DNA from: Malacoraja senta
Taxonomy: Eukaryota
Direction: 5' to 3'
NCBI GenBank assembly: GCA_038087875.1
Contig: CM075995.1
Coordinates: 10,480,001 to 10,544,000, forward strand
DNA: 64,000 nucleotides
The notes beneath the pieces were generated by a model. That model saw only the letters and a program-made list of their open reading frames with translations. It had not been told where the DNA came from and searched no databases. The position numbers and the translations under genes were made by a program. Position 1 is the first letter of the stretch, and the number at the start of each line of letters is the position of its first letter. Below, piece after piece: positions 12,435 through 26,786 of this stretch.

Positions 12435-15400
12435 CAATCTCTCACTGATACTATTTCTGATGGAGGGAATCACGTTAGCCCGAGATTCACTACCCTCTGG
12501 CTAAAACAAATCCTCCTCATCTCCTTCCTAATGGTATGTCCTTTTATTCTAAATCTGTGCCCTTTGGTCCTAGACTCTCCCACTACTGCCAATTTGCTCC
12601 CTACATTCACACTATCCAGGTATTTCACTGTCCAATAAATTTTAATGAGATCCCCAATGATCCATTACTACTCCAGCGAATACAGGGCCCGAAGCAGTCA
12701 AAGGATCTCCACATGTTAATCCATCATCCCTGGGATCAGTCTCGTGTCCCTTGGACGCTCTAAAATGCCAATAAATCGATCCTCACATATGAGGCCCAAA
12801 ACAGTTCACAATATTCCAAATGCGCTCTGCCCATTGCTTTATAAAACCACAGCAATAGACCGCTGCTTTTTATTTTCTAGCTATGGAAATAGTAACATAG
12901 AAACAGAGAAACATAGAAAATAAGTGCAGGAGGATGTTATTCGGCCCTTCGAGCCAGCACCGCCATTCATAGTGATCATGGCTGATCGTCCCCTATCAAT
13001 AACCCGTGCCTGCCTTCTCCCCATATCCCTTGACTCCACTAGCCCCTCGAGCTCTATCTAACTCTCTCTTAAATCCATCCAGTGATTTGACCTCCACTGC
13101 CGAACTGGCAGAGAATTCCACAAATTCACAACTCTCTGGGTGAAAAAGTATTTTCTCACCTCAGTCTTAAATGACCTCCCCTTTATTCTAAGTCTGTGGT
13201 TCTGGACTCGCCCAACATTGGGAACATTTTTCCTGCATGTAGTTTGTCCAGTCCTTTTATAATTGTATATGTTTCTATAAGATCCCCCCTCATCCTTCTA
13301 AACTCCAGTGAATACAAGCCTAGTCTTTTCAATCTTTCCTCATATGACAGTCCCGCCATCCAAGGGATCAATCTCGTGAACCTACGCTGCACTGCCTCAA
13401 TCACAAGGAGGTCCTTCCTCCAATTAGGAGACCAAAACTGTACACAATACTCCAGATGTGGTCTCACCAGAGCCCTATACAACTACAGAAGAACCTCTTT
13501 ACTCCTATACTGAAATCCTCTTGTTATGAAGGCCAACATTCCATTAGCTTTCCTCACTGCCTGCTGTACCTGCACGCCAACTTTCAGTGACTGGTGTACA
13601 AGGACACCCAGGTCTCGCTGTACCTCCCCCTTACCTAACCTAACCCCATTGAGATAATAATCTGCCCCCTTGTTTTTGCCGCCAATGTGGATAACCTCAC
13701 ATTTATCTATATTATACTGCATCTGCCACGCATCTGCCCACTCACTCAACCTGTCCAGCTCACCTTGCAACCTCCTAACATCCTCCTCGCAGTTCACACT
13801 GCCACCCAGCTTTGTGTCATCCGCAAACTTTCTAGTGTTGCTCCTAATTCCCTCTTCCAAATCATTAATATATATGGTAAACAGTTGCGGCCCCAACACC
13901 GAGCCTTGCGGCACTCCACTCGCCACTGACTGCCATTCTGAAAAGGACCCGTTCACTCCTGCTCTTTGTTTCCGGTCTGCCAACCAATTTTCTATCCATG
14001 TCAACACCCTACCCCCAATACCATGTGCTCTAATTTTAGTCACCAGTCTCCCGTGCGGGACCTTATCAAAGGCTTTCTGAAAGTCTAGATACACTACATC
14101 CACTGGCACCCCTTCATCCATTTTACTTGTCACATCCGCAAAGAATTCCAGAAGATTAGTCAAGCATGATTTCCCTTTCATAACTCCATGTAGACTTGGA
14201 CTAATCATTTTACTGCTATCCAAATACCCCATTATTACCTATTTAATAATTAACTCCAGCAGCTTTCCCACCACCGAAGTCAGGCTAACTGATCTGTAAT
14301 TCCCCGTTTTCTCTCTCGCTCCTTTCTTGAAAAGTGAGATAACATTAGCTATCCTCCAATCCACAGGAACTGATCCTGAATCTATTGAACATTGGAAAAT
14401 GATCACCAATGCGTCCACTATATCTAGAGCCACCACCCTGAGGATATATGCTAACATCTAATTTCCCGTCCTTACTGCCGGTTCAACTTGCAAATAAACA
14501 TTTTGGGAATCCTGCACCAGGATTCCCAAGTCCATTTGCACCTCCGATGTCTGAATCCTTTCCCCTATCAAAAAACAGTCTGCACTTTTATTTATTTTTC
14601 TACATGGCATGATCACTCACTTTGTTATACTGTTATCTCCAATATATTTACATCTCTCCTAACCCGTCCAAATCATTCTACAGAATCGCTGCTGCCTCTA
14701 CATGACCTGGCCCTGTATTGTACGCAACATTGCCCATTAATTCCATCATTGAATTCATTGATATACAACGTGACGGACCCGACACTAAACCCTGCGAACA
14801 CCGCTAGTCACTGACAACAACCAGCGAAAGCCCCTTTATTCACACACTTTGCCTTCTGCCATACTGGTATCTTCCCTCTAATACCACGGGATCTCCTCTT
14901 CGGCAGCCGCAAATCCTGCACTTTATCAAACGCCTGAAAAGCCAAGTAAACAACACCCAATGACTCTCCTTTGTGTATCCTATTATTTATGTCCTTCGGC
15001 CTATGTTATCGTGTGCTTCTAACTACTCAGAAACCTAATCTTTAATAATGGACTATACATTCCTATCACTCAATGATGTCAGGATAACCACCCTATATTT
15101 TTTTCTGTTTTGCCTTGCTTCCTTCGTAAACAGTGAATTTAGACTGACAAATCGAGTCCTCTGGGGCTACTCCTGACCCTAGTGAGTCTTGAAAAATCAC
15201 TACCAACTACACCACAATCCCTAAAGCCACCTCTTTCAGAACCGTTGAATGTAGCCCACCTGGTCCAGGTTCAGACCTTTCATCATCACAAGCACCTTCT
15301 CCTTGGTAATAGCACGTCCAACAACTGCTGCCATACAGTCATAGTGATACAGTGTTGAAACAAGCCATTTGCCCAAACTTGCCAACACCGTCCAACATGT

Positions 15401-16650
15401 CCCAGCCACACTAGTCCTCTGGCGCTCTTCAATTTCAGGCACATTGCTTGTGTCTGCTATGAAGGCTGACGCAAACAACGTATTCAATTTGTCTGTCATT
15501 TCTCTATTCCCCATTACTACTTTTCCAGCGTCATTTTCCAACTGTCCACTGTCCACTCTTGCCTCCATTTTACTCTTTATATATCTGAAGTAACTTTAGG
15601 TATCTCTATTATATTATTCGCTTGCTTGCTTTAATATTTAATATCTTCTCTCATTATTGTATTTTCAGTTACACACTGTTGGTTTATAAAAGCTCCCAAA
15701 GCTGCCCGCTCATATTTGCTATATTATACGCCTGCACTTGTGCTTTTAACATGGCTTTGATTTCATTTGTCAGCCACGGTCATCTTATTAATTCATAGCA
15801 CCTTTCTTCTTCTTTGTGATTATAATATCCTGCATCTTCCCAATTACCCCCAGAAACTCCTGCCATTGCTGCTCCACCATCATTCCTGCTCGGGTCCTTT
15901 TCCAATCAACTCTAGCCAGCTCCTTCCTCGTGCCTCAGTTATTATCTTTACTCTGCAGTAATACCGGCACATCTGATTTCTTCTTCTCCCTCAGACTGCA
16001 GATTGAGTTTTATCATTTTATGGTCACTGCCTCTTCGGGGTTCCTTTATCTTAAACTCCATAATTGGTCCTGTTCGTTCCGCAATACCAAATCCAGAATT
16101 GCCTTTTCTCTCGGAGGATCAACTGCACGCTGCTCAATTAAGACGCCATCCCAGAGACACTCTACAAATTAATTCTCTTGTGATCCAATAGCAAGTGATT
16201 TTCCAAGTATTTCTGCATTTTGAAATTCATCATGATAACTGTAACATTGCCGTTCTTCAATATCGATTGTATCTCCTGAAGTCATTTGCACCCTCCGCCC
16301 TGGCTACCTTCAAAGGCCTGTGTATAACCCATCAGCGTATTTTTACCCTGGCAGTTTCTTAACTATACCCACAAAAATGATATACCTTCTGATCCTATGT
16401 CATCCCTTGCTAAGGATTGAATTTCATTATTTACCACTAGAGCCACGCTGCCACTCTGCTCACCTGCATGTCGATAGGATGTGTATCCTTGGATATTGAG
16501 CTCCCAGCTCCAATCCTCTTTCAGCAATGTTTCCGTAATGCCTAGAACGTTCCACCTATCATTTTCTAATTGTGCTGGAAGCTTATGAAACTTGTTCCGC
16601 CTTCTATGCGCATTCAAATATAACACCTTTAGGTCTGTATTCACCGCCCC
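12435..16650 (-). mobile_element. Old CR1 LINE interrupted by a younger CR1 (~12895-14445)
   Basis: The younger copy has a long RT ORF (13483-14232; GVPQGSVLGP, FADD) and a (CATAGAAA)n tail. The older copy continues to the APE N-terminus (LKVLYLNA..GITET, 16363-16644). Confidence 0.88.
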
Positions 16651-17529
16651 CCATTTTACCTAACCTCAGCCTCTTATCCCTTTTAAAACTTTTATCCCTT
16701 ACATTCCTACATTGTACGCCAACGCCCCCTCCCTCTTTAGTATAAAGCCCTATCTACGGCCCGAGTTATATTTTTCACCAGGACTCTGCTCCCAGCGACC
16801 AGGCGATGTCAACGAGGTTTCCCTTTACAGAAGATGGTCACCGCGTTTACATCATTGCGGTTCAGTGAATTCATTCCTACCCAAGAGCAACGGACGTGGC
16901 ATTACGACCATCGGCGCCCCACACCATTACTAACTCATTGCCTGCCACATTGAACCCACGCCTTGCCAATAATTCTAAATCTAATAAAAGCGACCGTTAC
17001 ACGGACTGGTTGCAGGGAGCCGCGATACGCGTGTAAAACGAGCTGAACTTCGGGAAATGGTGTTCGCATCGATCACAAGGACAGGACCGCGTCAGATTTA
17101 GAGCCTGTTTGGTGGGGATCAAACATTTCACATCTTCAAGCAATAAATCTGCACAAACTAAGGCCATTCGTCCCATTTTACCAATGCCGGTTAATATGGA
17201 AAAAATCACAACGATCCCAGTTCCGAGAGCTCGCTCGGGCTTGCTCTTGGTATTGTTTTCTATTTGTCACATGTAGCCAGTTACAGGGGAATACGTTGCT
17301 TACTTACCATGTATATCTGCCATTCATGAATGTAATGGATGGCGCTAAATAGGCAACATAATGCAAAATAACCTACTTCAGCATGTTGATCACAGTTTGC
17401 GCGTGTTTCTTTCAGATGCATGACTAGTGGGTATTGTATTTCGCCCTGAGCTTTCCTACTCACCTCATATCACTCTGTCAATCTTAACTTAGAACCAGAA
17501 TCAAGCTTAATACACTGTTTCTTCTTTTA

Positions 17530-17830
17530 AGTCGCATAGTGGCGCAGCTGGTAGAACCAATGCCTCACAGTACCATCCTCAGCACGATCCTGACCTCAGT
17601 GTCTGAGTGGAGTTCTACATGTAAATGCATGGGAGTCCTCCGAGTGCTCCGGTTTCCTAACACGGCCCGAAGACATGCACGTTTGCAAGTTAATTTCCTC
17701 TGTAAAATCCCCCCAGTGTGTATGGAGTATCTGCGGAAGTAGGATAATATGGAACTAGTTTGAACAGGTGGCCGAGGAGGCGCAGTGTCGGTTGTCTGAA
17801 GGAGTGTTTGTATCACTAATCTAAAGATAA
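17530..17830 (+). mobile_element. tRNA-derived SINE (HE1/V-SINE-like)
   Basis: A-box-like GTGGCGCAGCTGG and the central gtgctccggtttcct core shared with the SINE at 38350. Confidence 0.7.
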
Positions 17831-18035
17831 ACATCAGCACGGTGCGCATTTGCGCAACCGCACATTGCTGGCAAGTTTGCTATCACCCATCCACATGCTA
17901 TCTCTCGATCCCCTCCAACTATAGGGTGGGAAACAGCCACTCAAGTACATACAGGGGAATACGAAGCCGGTATTTGGCGCCCAGACAAGTATATTTACTC
18001 CTTGACGCTAAGTGACATTACTCTCTACCCATCAG

Positions 18036-18315
18036 CAGCAGCCGTGGTATCTGGAGAAAAGAAACTGCAGGAAGCTGGTTTTCAGGGAGCGGTCATTCAG
18101 CAAACTGCTCAAAGCACCGCTAACACCTGGCATCAGGGATCGTGCATGCGCACCAAGAAAACCAACGACCCGTGGTGGAGGCTTGACCTAAAGGGAACCT
18201 TCGCCGTATCACGAATTACAATCACCAACAGAATAGACTGCTGCTGGGAGGAGCTAATGGGTGCGGAGATCCACATTGGGAACTCTCTGCAGAAGAACGG
18301 CAATTCCAACACACT
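18036..18315 (+). CDS. F-type lectin domain 4, exon A (divergent N-terminal half)
   Basis: CAGCAGCAG acceptor; the first AG gives the canonical 280 bp. Donor GTGAGT. GSCMRT..DPWWRLDL..NRIDCCWEELMGAEIHIG. Confidence 0.87.
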
Positions 18316-19102
18316 GTGAGTATACAAAGGAAAAAGAACGAACGTAACCAGTTGCAATATAATTGATCGTGTGCAAACTTCACCGGCCAGACTGCGCATA
18401 AAATACAGATTAGTACAGTACAGGAACATGCCCTTCTGTCCACAATATCCGTGCCAAACATGACGGCAAGTTAATCTAATCTATGCTGCACGTTACCCAC
18501 ATCCCTGCATATCCATGTGTTTTATCTAAAAACATTTTAAACATTACTGTCGTACCTGCTTCCACCACCAGCCCTGGCAGCACGTTCCAAGCAACCACCA
18601 CGGTTGTGTAAACAAAGACGCTGCGCAATTTTTCTTTAAACCTTTAAACTTCTTCCTCTCAACTCTCAAGCTATGCCTCTCGTCTTTGCCATTTTCCATG
18701 CAGGGAAATAATTTCTTTATGCACTTTTATGCGTTCCATGGAACAATGTATTAGCCTGCCCAACGTCTTCTTATAATACACTTCCTCGAATCCTGCCAAC
18801 ATCCTTGTAAATCTGCTCCGAATTCTTTCTGTTTTTAGTTTTAACATTGTAAGAAAGTGTATGGAGCGAGGAGAGTGCAGCTCCTACAGCGGTGTGTCCA
18901 CGGGGTCCCAATGTTCACCTGGGATTTGGAACCAGGAAGATGTTCCTTCTCCAGGTGTGTGCCCACCGGGGGCTGTCCAACATTGGTCTGGAACTAGGAG
19001 CGCACCTTCTCCAAACGCTGAGCAGAAGAATAGCGTCTGGCATGAGAGTTAGCTGATTTCCCGACGCTCCCCTCTCACCATGCGATCTTGATCTTTTTTC
19101 AG

Positions 19103-19263
19103 CTGTGCCACCGTCCAGTCCATTTCTACATTAAACCTAACCTTCAGCTGTCATGGGCTATTAGGTCGATATGTAAACATCGTTATGCCAGGGCGCGAGA
19201 AGGTACTGACCCTGTGCGCGGTGGAGGTGTTTGGCGTAAACCTTCCGACGCTGGCTGGTGAAG
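19103..19263 (+). CDS. F-type lectin domain 4, exon B
   Basis: Not in the ORF track; read manually. Acceptor ttttcAG, donor GTAAG, 161 bp. CATVQSISTLNLTFSCHGLLGRYVNIVMPGREKVLTLCAVEVFG. Confidence 0.9.
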
Positions 19264-19724
19264 GTAAGCTGAAATCGGAGCCCTGTCTGTTACTGTTTAG
19301 ATTTATAGAATTATGGAGTCATAGTCATTGAGTCATATAGAGCCATGGGGATAGACAGCACGGAAGCAGGCCCTTCTAGCCGCCCGTTCCGACCAAGATG
19401 TCACATCTAGGCTACTCCTATTTGTCCGCATTTGTCCGATATCCTATTAAACCCTTCGTATCCATGTGCCTTCCAAGTACCCTTCAAATGATATTGCGTT
19501 TGGCTCGCCTACAACATATGGCAGCTCGTTTAATATGCCAACCACCCTCTGAGTGAAAGACCCTCACATCCCGAGAACGAGGATATGGAAGGATACAATT
19601 ATTGCTGTCAGATGAATGGCCATTCAGGTCGACATCTAACCTGGTTTTGCGAAGGGTTAACGGTCGAGTAATTCAGGCTTATTTTGTCCATTGCGTCTCA
19701 GTATAAATTTTTCCCACCCACTAG

Positions 19725-19962
19725 AAAACGCCAGACGCCAAAGATCTACTAATCTAGCCGTTACTAGCTTCGCCTTGCAGCATAATGTCTGCAGGCACAC
19801 GGAGATAATGGATGACCCTTGGTGGAGACTCGACTTAAGAGGAACATACACAGTGTCCGCGGTAAGAATCACCAACAGTGGAGACTGCTGCTGGCATTTG
19901 CTGAAAGGAGCTGAGATCCGCATTGGGAACTCACTGAAGAACGATGGCAATTCCAACAGACT
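19725..19962 (+). CDS. F-type lectin domain 5, exon A (14 aa shorter)
   Basis: Acceptor cactAG and donor GTAAGT; 238 bp. VCRHT..DPWWRLDL..ITNSGDCCWHLLKGAEIRIG. Confidence 0.87.
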
Positions 19963-21072
19963 GTAAGTAACGATCGAGACATGTTTCCTTTCTTAAATTC
20001 CTTTCATCAAAATGTCTCATCGATTATTCTGTACTTGATCTGTTGAGGTCATGAGTAGAAACTGCGAAGACGAGAGAGTGCAGTGATTGTGTGTTACACT
20101 GGAAGCAAGAGCGGTGTACAAATGATCAAGGAGTGAGGAATATCGAGTCCGATGTGCAGATCACTGATCCGGTCTCAGGAGTTACAAGCAGACGTCAGTA
20201 GCAGGAATATAACTTTCAATCAGCAAAATAAATTTGTAATTTGAAAATTAGTTTCTCCCAGTAACAAATATGCGCAGCCAACGCATAGTGGTAACAAATA
20301 TAGACAATATTAACTGCAGATCGATAACAAAAAAATGACTCAAAGTGCTGAAGTTACTCAGCGCAGCATCTTTGGAGTACGTGCCTAAAGTAATATCTCG
20401 ACGCTGCCTATCCATGTGCTTCAGACATGGAGGCTGACCCCTTCAGTTACTCCAGCATTTTACGTCATTTTTCGCGGTAACAACATTTTTGTATCGGCTA
20501 CATCTTGCAGAAATAGTCATGCCTTCGGACCAGGCGGAATGTAGCTGTGAATTCAGACGTCTGCTGTGGGTGGCTGCAGCCACAGTCCAGAGGCAACAAA
20601 GTATGGAGCAGAAAGTGAATAGATTACGTAACCATAACTTATCAAACGCCGTTAACAGTTTAGCGGCGTACGGACGTATGGAGTATAGATCAGTAAAGGA
20701 GAGGGACATGTGCTGTGCGCCGAACATGATCCAAATGCCTCTTGAACTTTACTACCGTATCTGCCTCTGCTACCACACCTGGTAGCTTGTTCCAGGCACC
20801 CACCACCACCTAAAAAAACGCGTACCCCGCACGTCTCCGTTAATCTTTGCTCCCAGAAAGATTCTGGCTCTCCACCGATCTATAGACCTCACCATTTTAC
20901 AAAATTATGTCAGGTCTCCCCTCAGCTTCCCTCGTTCCAGAGAAATCAGTGCAAGTCCTTCTAAGCACTCCAAGCATGGTCGGCCTCCTACACCAGAGTC
21001 ACAACAATTACGTTTGACATATTGTAGATGTTCATACATGATTTTCTCGCTGAAAAGTTTTATCTCTTACAG

Positions 21073-21233
21073 GTGTGGAATCATCCACTCCATTTCGAGA
21101 ACAAATGTAACTTTCACTTGTGACGGTCTGTCGGGTCGTTATGTGAATATCTTCCTGCCAGGAACAGAGAAAATCCTGACTCTGTGTGAGGTTAAGGTCT
21201 TTGGTTCAAAGGTGAATACAGAAGAAGAACCAG
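21073..21233 (+). CDS. F-type lectin domain 5, exon B
   Basis: Acceptor ttacAG and donor GTAGG; 161 bp. CGIIHSISRTNVTFTCDGLSGRYVNIFLPGTEKILTLCEVKVFG. Confidence 0.9.
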
Positions 21234-21419
21234 GTAGGATCCAGCCTCATCTCACACTGTCACATGTTCTGCTGATAAAGCCTCCAGAAGCCACAACGCA
21301 TTTCACAGGCAGCGAAAAGCTTTTGGGAAGTAATGAGGGAAAATCATACTCAATCTGCGCGCATCCGTTTCCCGGAATTAGTCTGCATGACCTGGTGCTT
21401 GAGGGCAGCGCAGGGGATG

Positions 21420-22900
21420 TCATCGTACTCATACAGCGTGGAAACAGGTTTTCCCGCCCAAGTTGCCCACGCCGGTCAATGTGCCTCTTCTACATTCATC
21501 CCATCTGCTTGCGCTTGGCCCATATCCTTCTGAACTATTCCTATCCATCTACCTATTCAAATGTCTTTTACATATTGTTATCGTTCTAGCCGCCACTACC
21601 TCCTCTGTTAGCAGGTACCCGTCATCCTTCGTAGTGAAAGGATTGCCCCTCAGATTCGTATTAAATCATTTCCCTCCTACGTCCACTGTTTTTTTTAAAA
21701 AGGCCCTGTGGTAAAGGCTCTGGTAAAAAAAAACTTTCCATCCCCCTCATAATCTTGTACACCTCTAGTGGACCACCCCCATATTCCTCCAATCAACGGA
21801 ATAAAGTCCTTGCCAGCTCAACCTCTCCCTCGAGCTGAGGTCCCCGAGTCCTGGCAACATCCTCGTAAATCTAAGCACCGTTTCCAACTTAACTTTCGTT
21901 CCTATAACAGGGTGGTCAGAAGTGAGCACAGTACTCCATATGTGGCCTCGCCAATGTCTTCAACGATTTTAGTTTAGTTTAGTTCTGTAACATTAATTGT
22001 AATATAACATTCCAACATTTGTACCCATTCCTCTGGCTGATGAAGGCCAATGTGCTAACAGCCTTCTTGACCACCCTGTCTACCCGTGACTCCACTTTCA
22101 AAGAACAATGCGCCCGTAGACCCTCTTGTTCTACAACAGTCCCCAGAGTCCTGCCATTTACCGTGAAGACCCTGCCCCGGTTTGACTTCCCAAGATGGAA
22201 CACCTGTATTAACCATCCCACAGCCAATCTGTCCAACTGATGCAGATCCCACTGCAACTTGTGATAACCATCTTCGCTATCGACGATGCCACACACTTTC
22301 TTGTCATCTGCAAACTTACTTATCATGCTCCGATAACAGGCCTCCGGTTTGAAAAACAACCTTCCACCACCACCCTCTACTCCCTTACATTAATCCAGTT
22401 CCCTGTCAAGTCGGCTGGCTTCCTTGGATCCCATGCGACCTAACCTTCCCGAGCAGGCTACCATATGAACATTAGCAAATACCCTGCTGAATTCCACAGG
22501 ACAACGCCAATGGCTTTCCATTCAATGACTTTTTAGTTACTACTTTAACAAACTGAATCAGATTCTCGAAATACGAACCCCCACGTACAAACCCGCGTTG
22601 GTCTATCCAAATGAATTACTCTCTTGTTCCTCATATTCCTCTCCGGTAACTTGTCTCCCACAGACGTTAGGCTCAGTGGTCTATATTTCCTAGGCATTTC
22701 ATTGGAGCCCTTCTTAAATAGCGGAACAACATTAGCTACCCTCTAGTCCTCTGGCTCCTCATCAGTTTCTAATTCTGATTCGTACATCTCAGCCATGGGG
22801 CCAGCAATTTATTTCCGAGCTTCCCACAATGTCCCTGGGTCTATTTGATTAGGTGCGGGAGATTTGTGCACCTTTATACGCCTCAGGAAGTTAAGCACCT
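21420..22900 (-). mobile_element. Old CR1 LINE fragment
   Basis: SKFADD..LQWDL..FHLGKSN RT C-terminal motifs. Confidence 0.75.
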
Positions 22901-24035
22901 CTTCCACATGCAGCATAGATAGGAGAAAATTGGGTGTTGGGAAAACTTTTGCGGAAGCGCAGATATAATTCGGTGGAGGAATGTATTATACCCCTTGCCA
23001 ATAAGCAACATCAGAAGACAGTAGTCCTCCAGGGGCGTCAGAGACGCACGGGACTATAGACAACAGGAGCGGGACAATTCTGTCCTAGTGTCATTTTAAT
23101 GTTGTTCTAGTATCTGCCTCAACTACCTCCTCTGCCAGCTCAATCTCGCGCCTAAAAAATACTCAATGACTTGGCCTTCATAGGCATCTGTGGCAATGTA
23201 TTCCATAAAGTCACCACCATCTGACTGAAGAAATTCCTCCTCGTCGTCTTTCTAGAAGCTCGTCCTTTTATTCCGAGTCTATGGCATCTGTCCTAGAATC
23301 TCCCACTAGTGGAAACATGTTATCTCCACATTGATTATATCCAGGCCTTTGACTATTCATTAAGTTTTAATAAGGTCCCCCTCATCATTCTAAACTCAAG
23401 CGAGTACAGGCCCAATGTCGTATGTTAACCGAATTATCCTCTGGTTCATTCTCGTGTATCCAGATACGGCGAAAAGCTTTATTTGCAGCTATCCAGTAAA
23501 ATAATTCTACACGTGAACACAATGAAGCCACACACAAGTACCATAGGTACTACAAAAAGAAAAATATCTAAATACAGGAGTTTAGTGTCATAACGATACT
23601 GTTGCAGAGGAAATGCAGATAACAATAACTGCAAATGCTGCAATGAGGCAGGTTGGAATATCGGGACTACAGCCTAGGATATGGGAGGTCCGGTCAGTAG
23701 GCCGCCAATAGCGGGGAGCTAATCAAGAATCTGATGTACATGCGTCCAAGCTTTTGTATCTGCTGCCCCACGGAGAGAGCAGAAGAGGGAATGACCGGGT
23801 GTCGGTGGTCCGTGCTTATGTTGGCCATTTTCCCGAGCAGTGCAAAGTGTAGATGGAGTCGATGGAGGGGAGGCTGGTCTGTGTGACAGACTGGACTGCA
23901 TCCACCACGCTCTGCAAATGTTCGTGGTCTTGGGCAGAGATGTTCCCAAACCAAGCCGTGATGCATCACGATTGATAGACAAATTGCTGGAGTAATATAG
24001 CTGGCCAGGCAGCATCTCTGGAGAAAAGGAACAGG

Positions 24036-24400
24036 TCAAATCAAAATCAAATCAAAAACTTTATTTGCCATTTGTGCTTACACACATAGGAACTCTTGTG
24101 CGGTTGTTCAGAGAGTCAAGTCAAGTCAAGTTAAAAAGACACACAGAAAGACACATAATCTATAAACTATAAACACATATACTATGATATGTTATGAGGT
24201 GGGTCAGGACATCAGTTCATTTTGTTTTGGCCAAGAGTCTCACTGTGGCAGGGAAGAAGCTCTTGAAAAAGCGTGTTCTGTTTGTGGCGATGCTGTCCGC
24301 TCGTCTGTGCCTGAGGTTGTATGTGCAGTTATTGTGTTTGAGCAGGGAGTGAGCTGGATGTAGTGTGTCTTGTAGGTGATGTTTTGGGTAGGAACCATTC
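24036..24400 (-). mobile_element. Rex1-like LINE 3' end inserted into a Penelope pLTR remnant (23975-24545)
   Basis: HPAHSLL..RFFKSFFPATVRLL with a (TTTGA)n-type tail; pLTR halves lie on both sides. Confidence 0.6.
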
Positions 24401-26786
24401 TTCAACCCCCTGTCATAGAGTGTCTGAAGAACGTTTCCGCGCCAACCCGTCACTTATTCCTATTCTCCATAACTTCTCCCTGACCTGGTAATTGACTCCA
24501 GAATTTTGTGTCTATTCTTCGGTATAAACCAGCATCTGCAGTGCCTGCCTGCACACGCATCCCGATAGGATGCTTCCCACGGTGCGTCCGTCGGGGGTGT
24601 GGTAAGTTGATGAGATATGCCAAATTTCCTGTCTACGGATAAAATAGATGGTGGGTGTGGATCTGAGAAAATAAATCTCAGTCGCAGGAGGCATGTCGCT
24701 AGATCTGCAGCCACGAGGAAATGCAAAACGCAGCGCATAATAATTCCTCCCTTTGTATGAAACCGAGAAAGCGAGGAAATGTTCAGGACGATGCTCATTC
24801 CAAGGCAGTCGCTCCATAACCCAGCAGGTATCGGCTTTTCAAGCTTGCAGATGTTTCTGTAGCATCACAAAACCAACATCGTCGCCAGCAGTTATCATGT
24901 GTGACTTTAACCTACATTTCGATTGGGCCAACCGAACTGGTAGCAGAGCTGAGGAGGAGGATTTCCTGGAATGTTTATGCGACGGCTTTTTATACCAATG
25001 TGTAGAAGAACCGACTAGTGGGCAGGCCACCCTAGACTGGTTATTGTGTAATGAGGAATGATTAGTTAGCAATCTTGTTGTGCAAACCCCCTTGGTCAAC
25101 AGTGACCATAATATGGTGGAATTCTGCATTAGGATGGAAAATGACATGGTTAATTCAGAGACTACGGTCCTGAACTTAAAGAAAGGAAACTGTGAAGGAA
25201 TGAGACGTGAATTGGCTCGGATAGACTGACAAATTATACTTAAGGGGATTACGGGAGAGATGCAATGACAAAGTTTTAAATACCGAATGGATGAACTCCT
25301 AAGATTCATCATCCCTGTGTGGCGAACAAAATAGAACGGGGAGGGCGGCACAACCGTGGCTAATGAAGGAAATCAGGGCTAGTGTTAAATCCAAGCAAAA
25401 TACATGTAAATTGGCCAGAGGAAGCAGCAAATGGAGGTGGAAAAAGAGTACGAAAGAAAGCTTGCGGGGAATAAAAAAACTGAATAACAAAGCTTCTTAA
25501 GATATGTACAGTGGAAAAGATTAGCGAAGACAAATGTAGGACCCTTACAATGAGACATGTGAATTTATAATGGGAAACAAGGAAATGGCAGGACAGTTAA
25601 TCGAGTACTTTGCTTCTGTCTTCACTAAGGAAGACATAAACAATCTCCAAGAAACATTAGGGGACCGAGGATCCAGTGGGAGGGAGGAACTGAAGGGAAT
25701 CCACATCAGTCTGGAAATTGTGTTAGATAAAATGTTGGGACTGAAAGCAGATAAATCCCCGGGGCCTGGTGGTCTGCATCCCAGAGTACTTAAGGTGGTG
25801 GCCCTAGAAATCGTGGATGCAAGGTGATCATTGTCCAATGTTCTCTCGACCGTGGATCAGTTCATGTGGACTGGAGGGTAGGCAATGTAACTCCCTCTTT
25901 CAGAAAGGAGTGAGAGAGATAACGGGAAATTATAGACCAGTTAGCCTTACATTAGTAGTCGGGAAGATGCTTGAGTCGATTGTTCAAGATGTGTTGGCAG
26001 CGCATTTGAAAAGCAGTGGCAGGATCGGTCAAAGTGAGCATGGATTTATGAAGGGGAAATCATGTTTGACAAATCTTCTGGATTTTTTTGAGGGTGTAAC
26101 AAGTAGAATGGATAAGGGAGAACCAGAGAATGTGGTGTATCTAGACTTTCAAAAAGCCTTTGCCAAGGTCCCACACAAGGGATTAGTGTGCAAAATTAGA
26201 GCACATGGTATTGGGGGTAGGGTATTGACATGGATAGATAACCGGTTGGCAGGCAAGAAGCAAAGAGACGGAATTAACGGGTCTTTTTCAGAATGGCAGT
26301 CAGTGACTAGTGGGGTACCGCAAGGCTCGGTGCCGGGACCCCAGTTATTTACAATATATATATATTAACGATTTAGATTTAACATTTAAGGGAATCTCAA
26401 AGTTTGCAGATGACACAAAGCGGATGGTAGTGCGAGCTGCGATGAGGATGCTATGAGGCTGCAGGATGACTTGGATGGGTTGGGTGAGTGGGCAGATGCA
26501 TGACAGTTGCAGTATAATGTGGATAAATGTGAGGATATCCACTTTGGTGGCAAGAACAGGAAGGCACATTATTATCTGAATGACAGCACAAAATGCTGGA
26601 GTAACTCAGCGGGACAGGTAGTATCTCTGGAGAGAAATAATGTGTGACATTTCGGGCCGAATCCTTCTTGAGATCTGAATGGTGTCAGATTAGGAATAGG
26701 GTGGTGCAACGAGACCTGGATGTGCTTGTACATGAGTCACTGAAAGTAAGCATGCATGTACAGCAGGCAGTGAAGAAAGCTAATGG

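Noticed and set aside
13483..14232. Long RT ORFs as active retrotransposons or domesticated genes
   Set aside because: All are truncated and bounded by stops or frameshifts; ordinary CR1 remnants.
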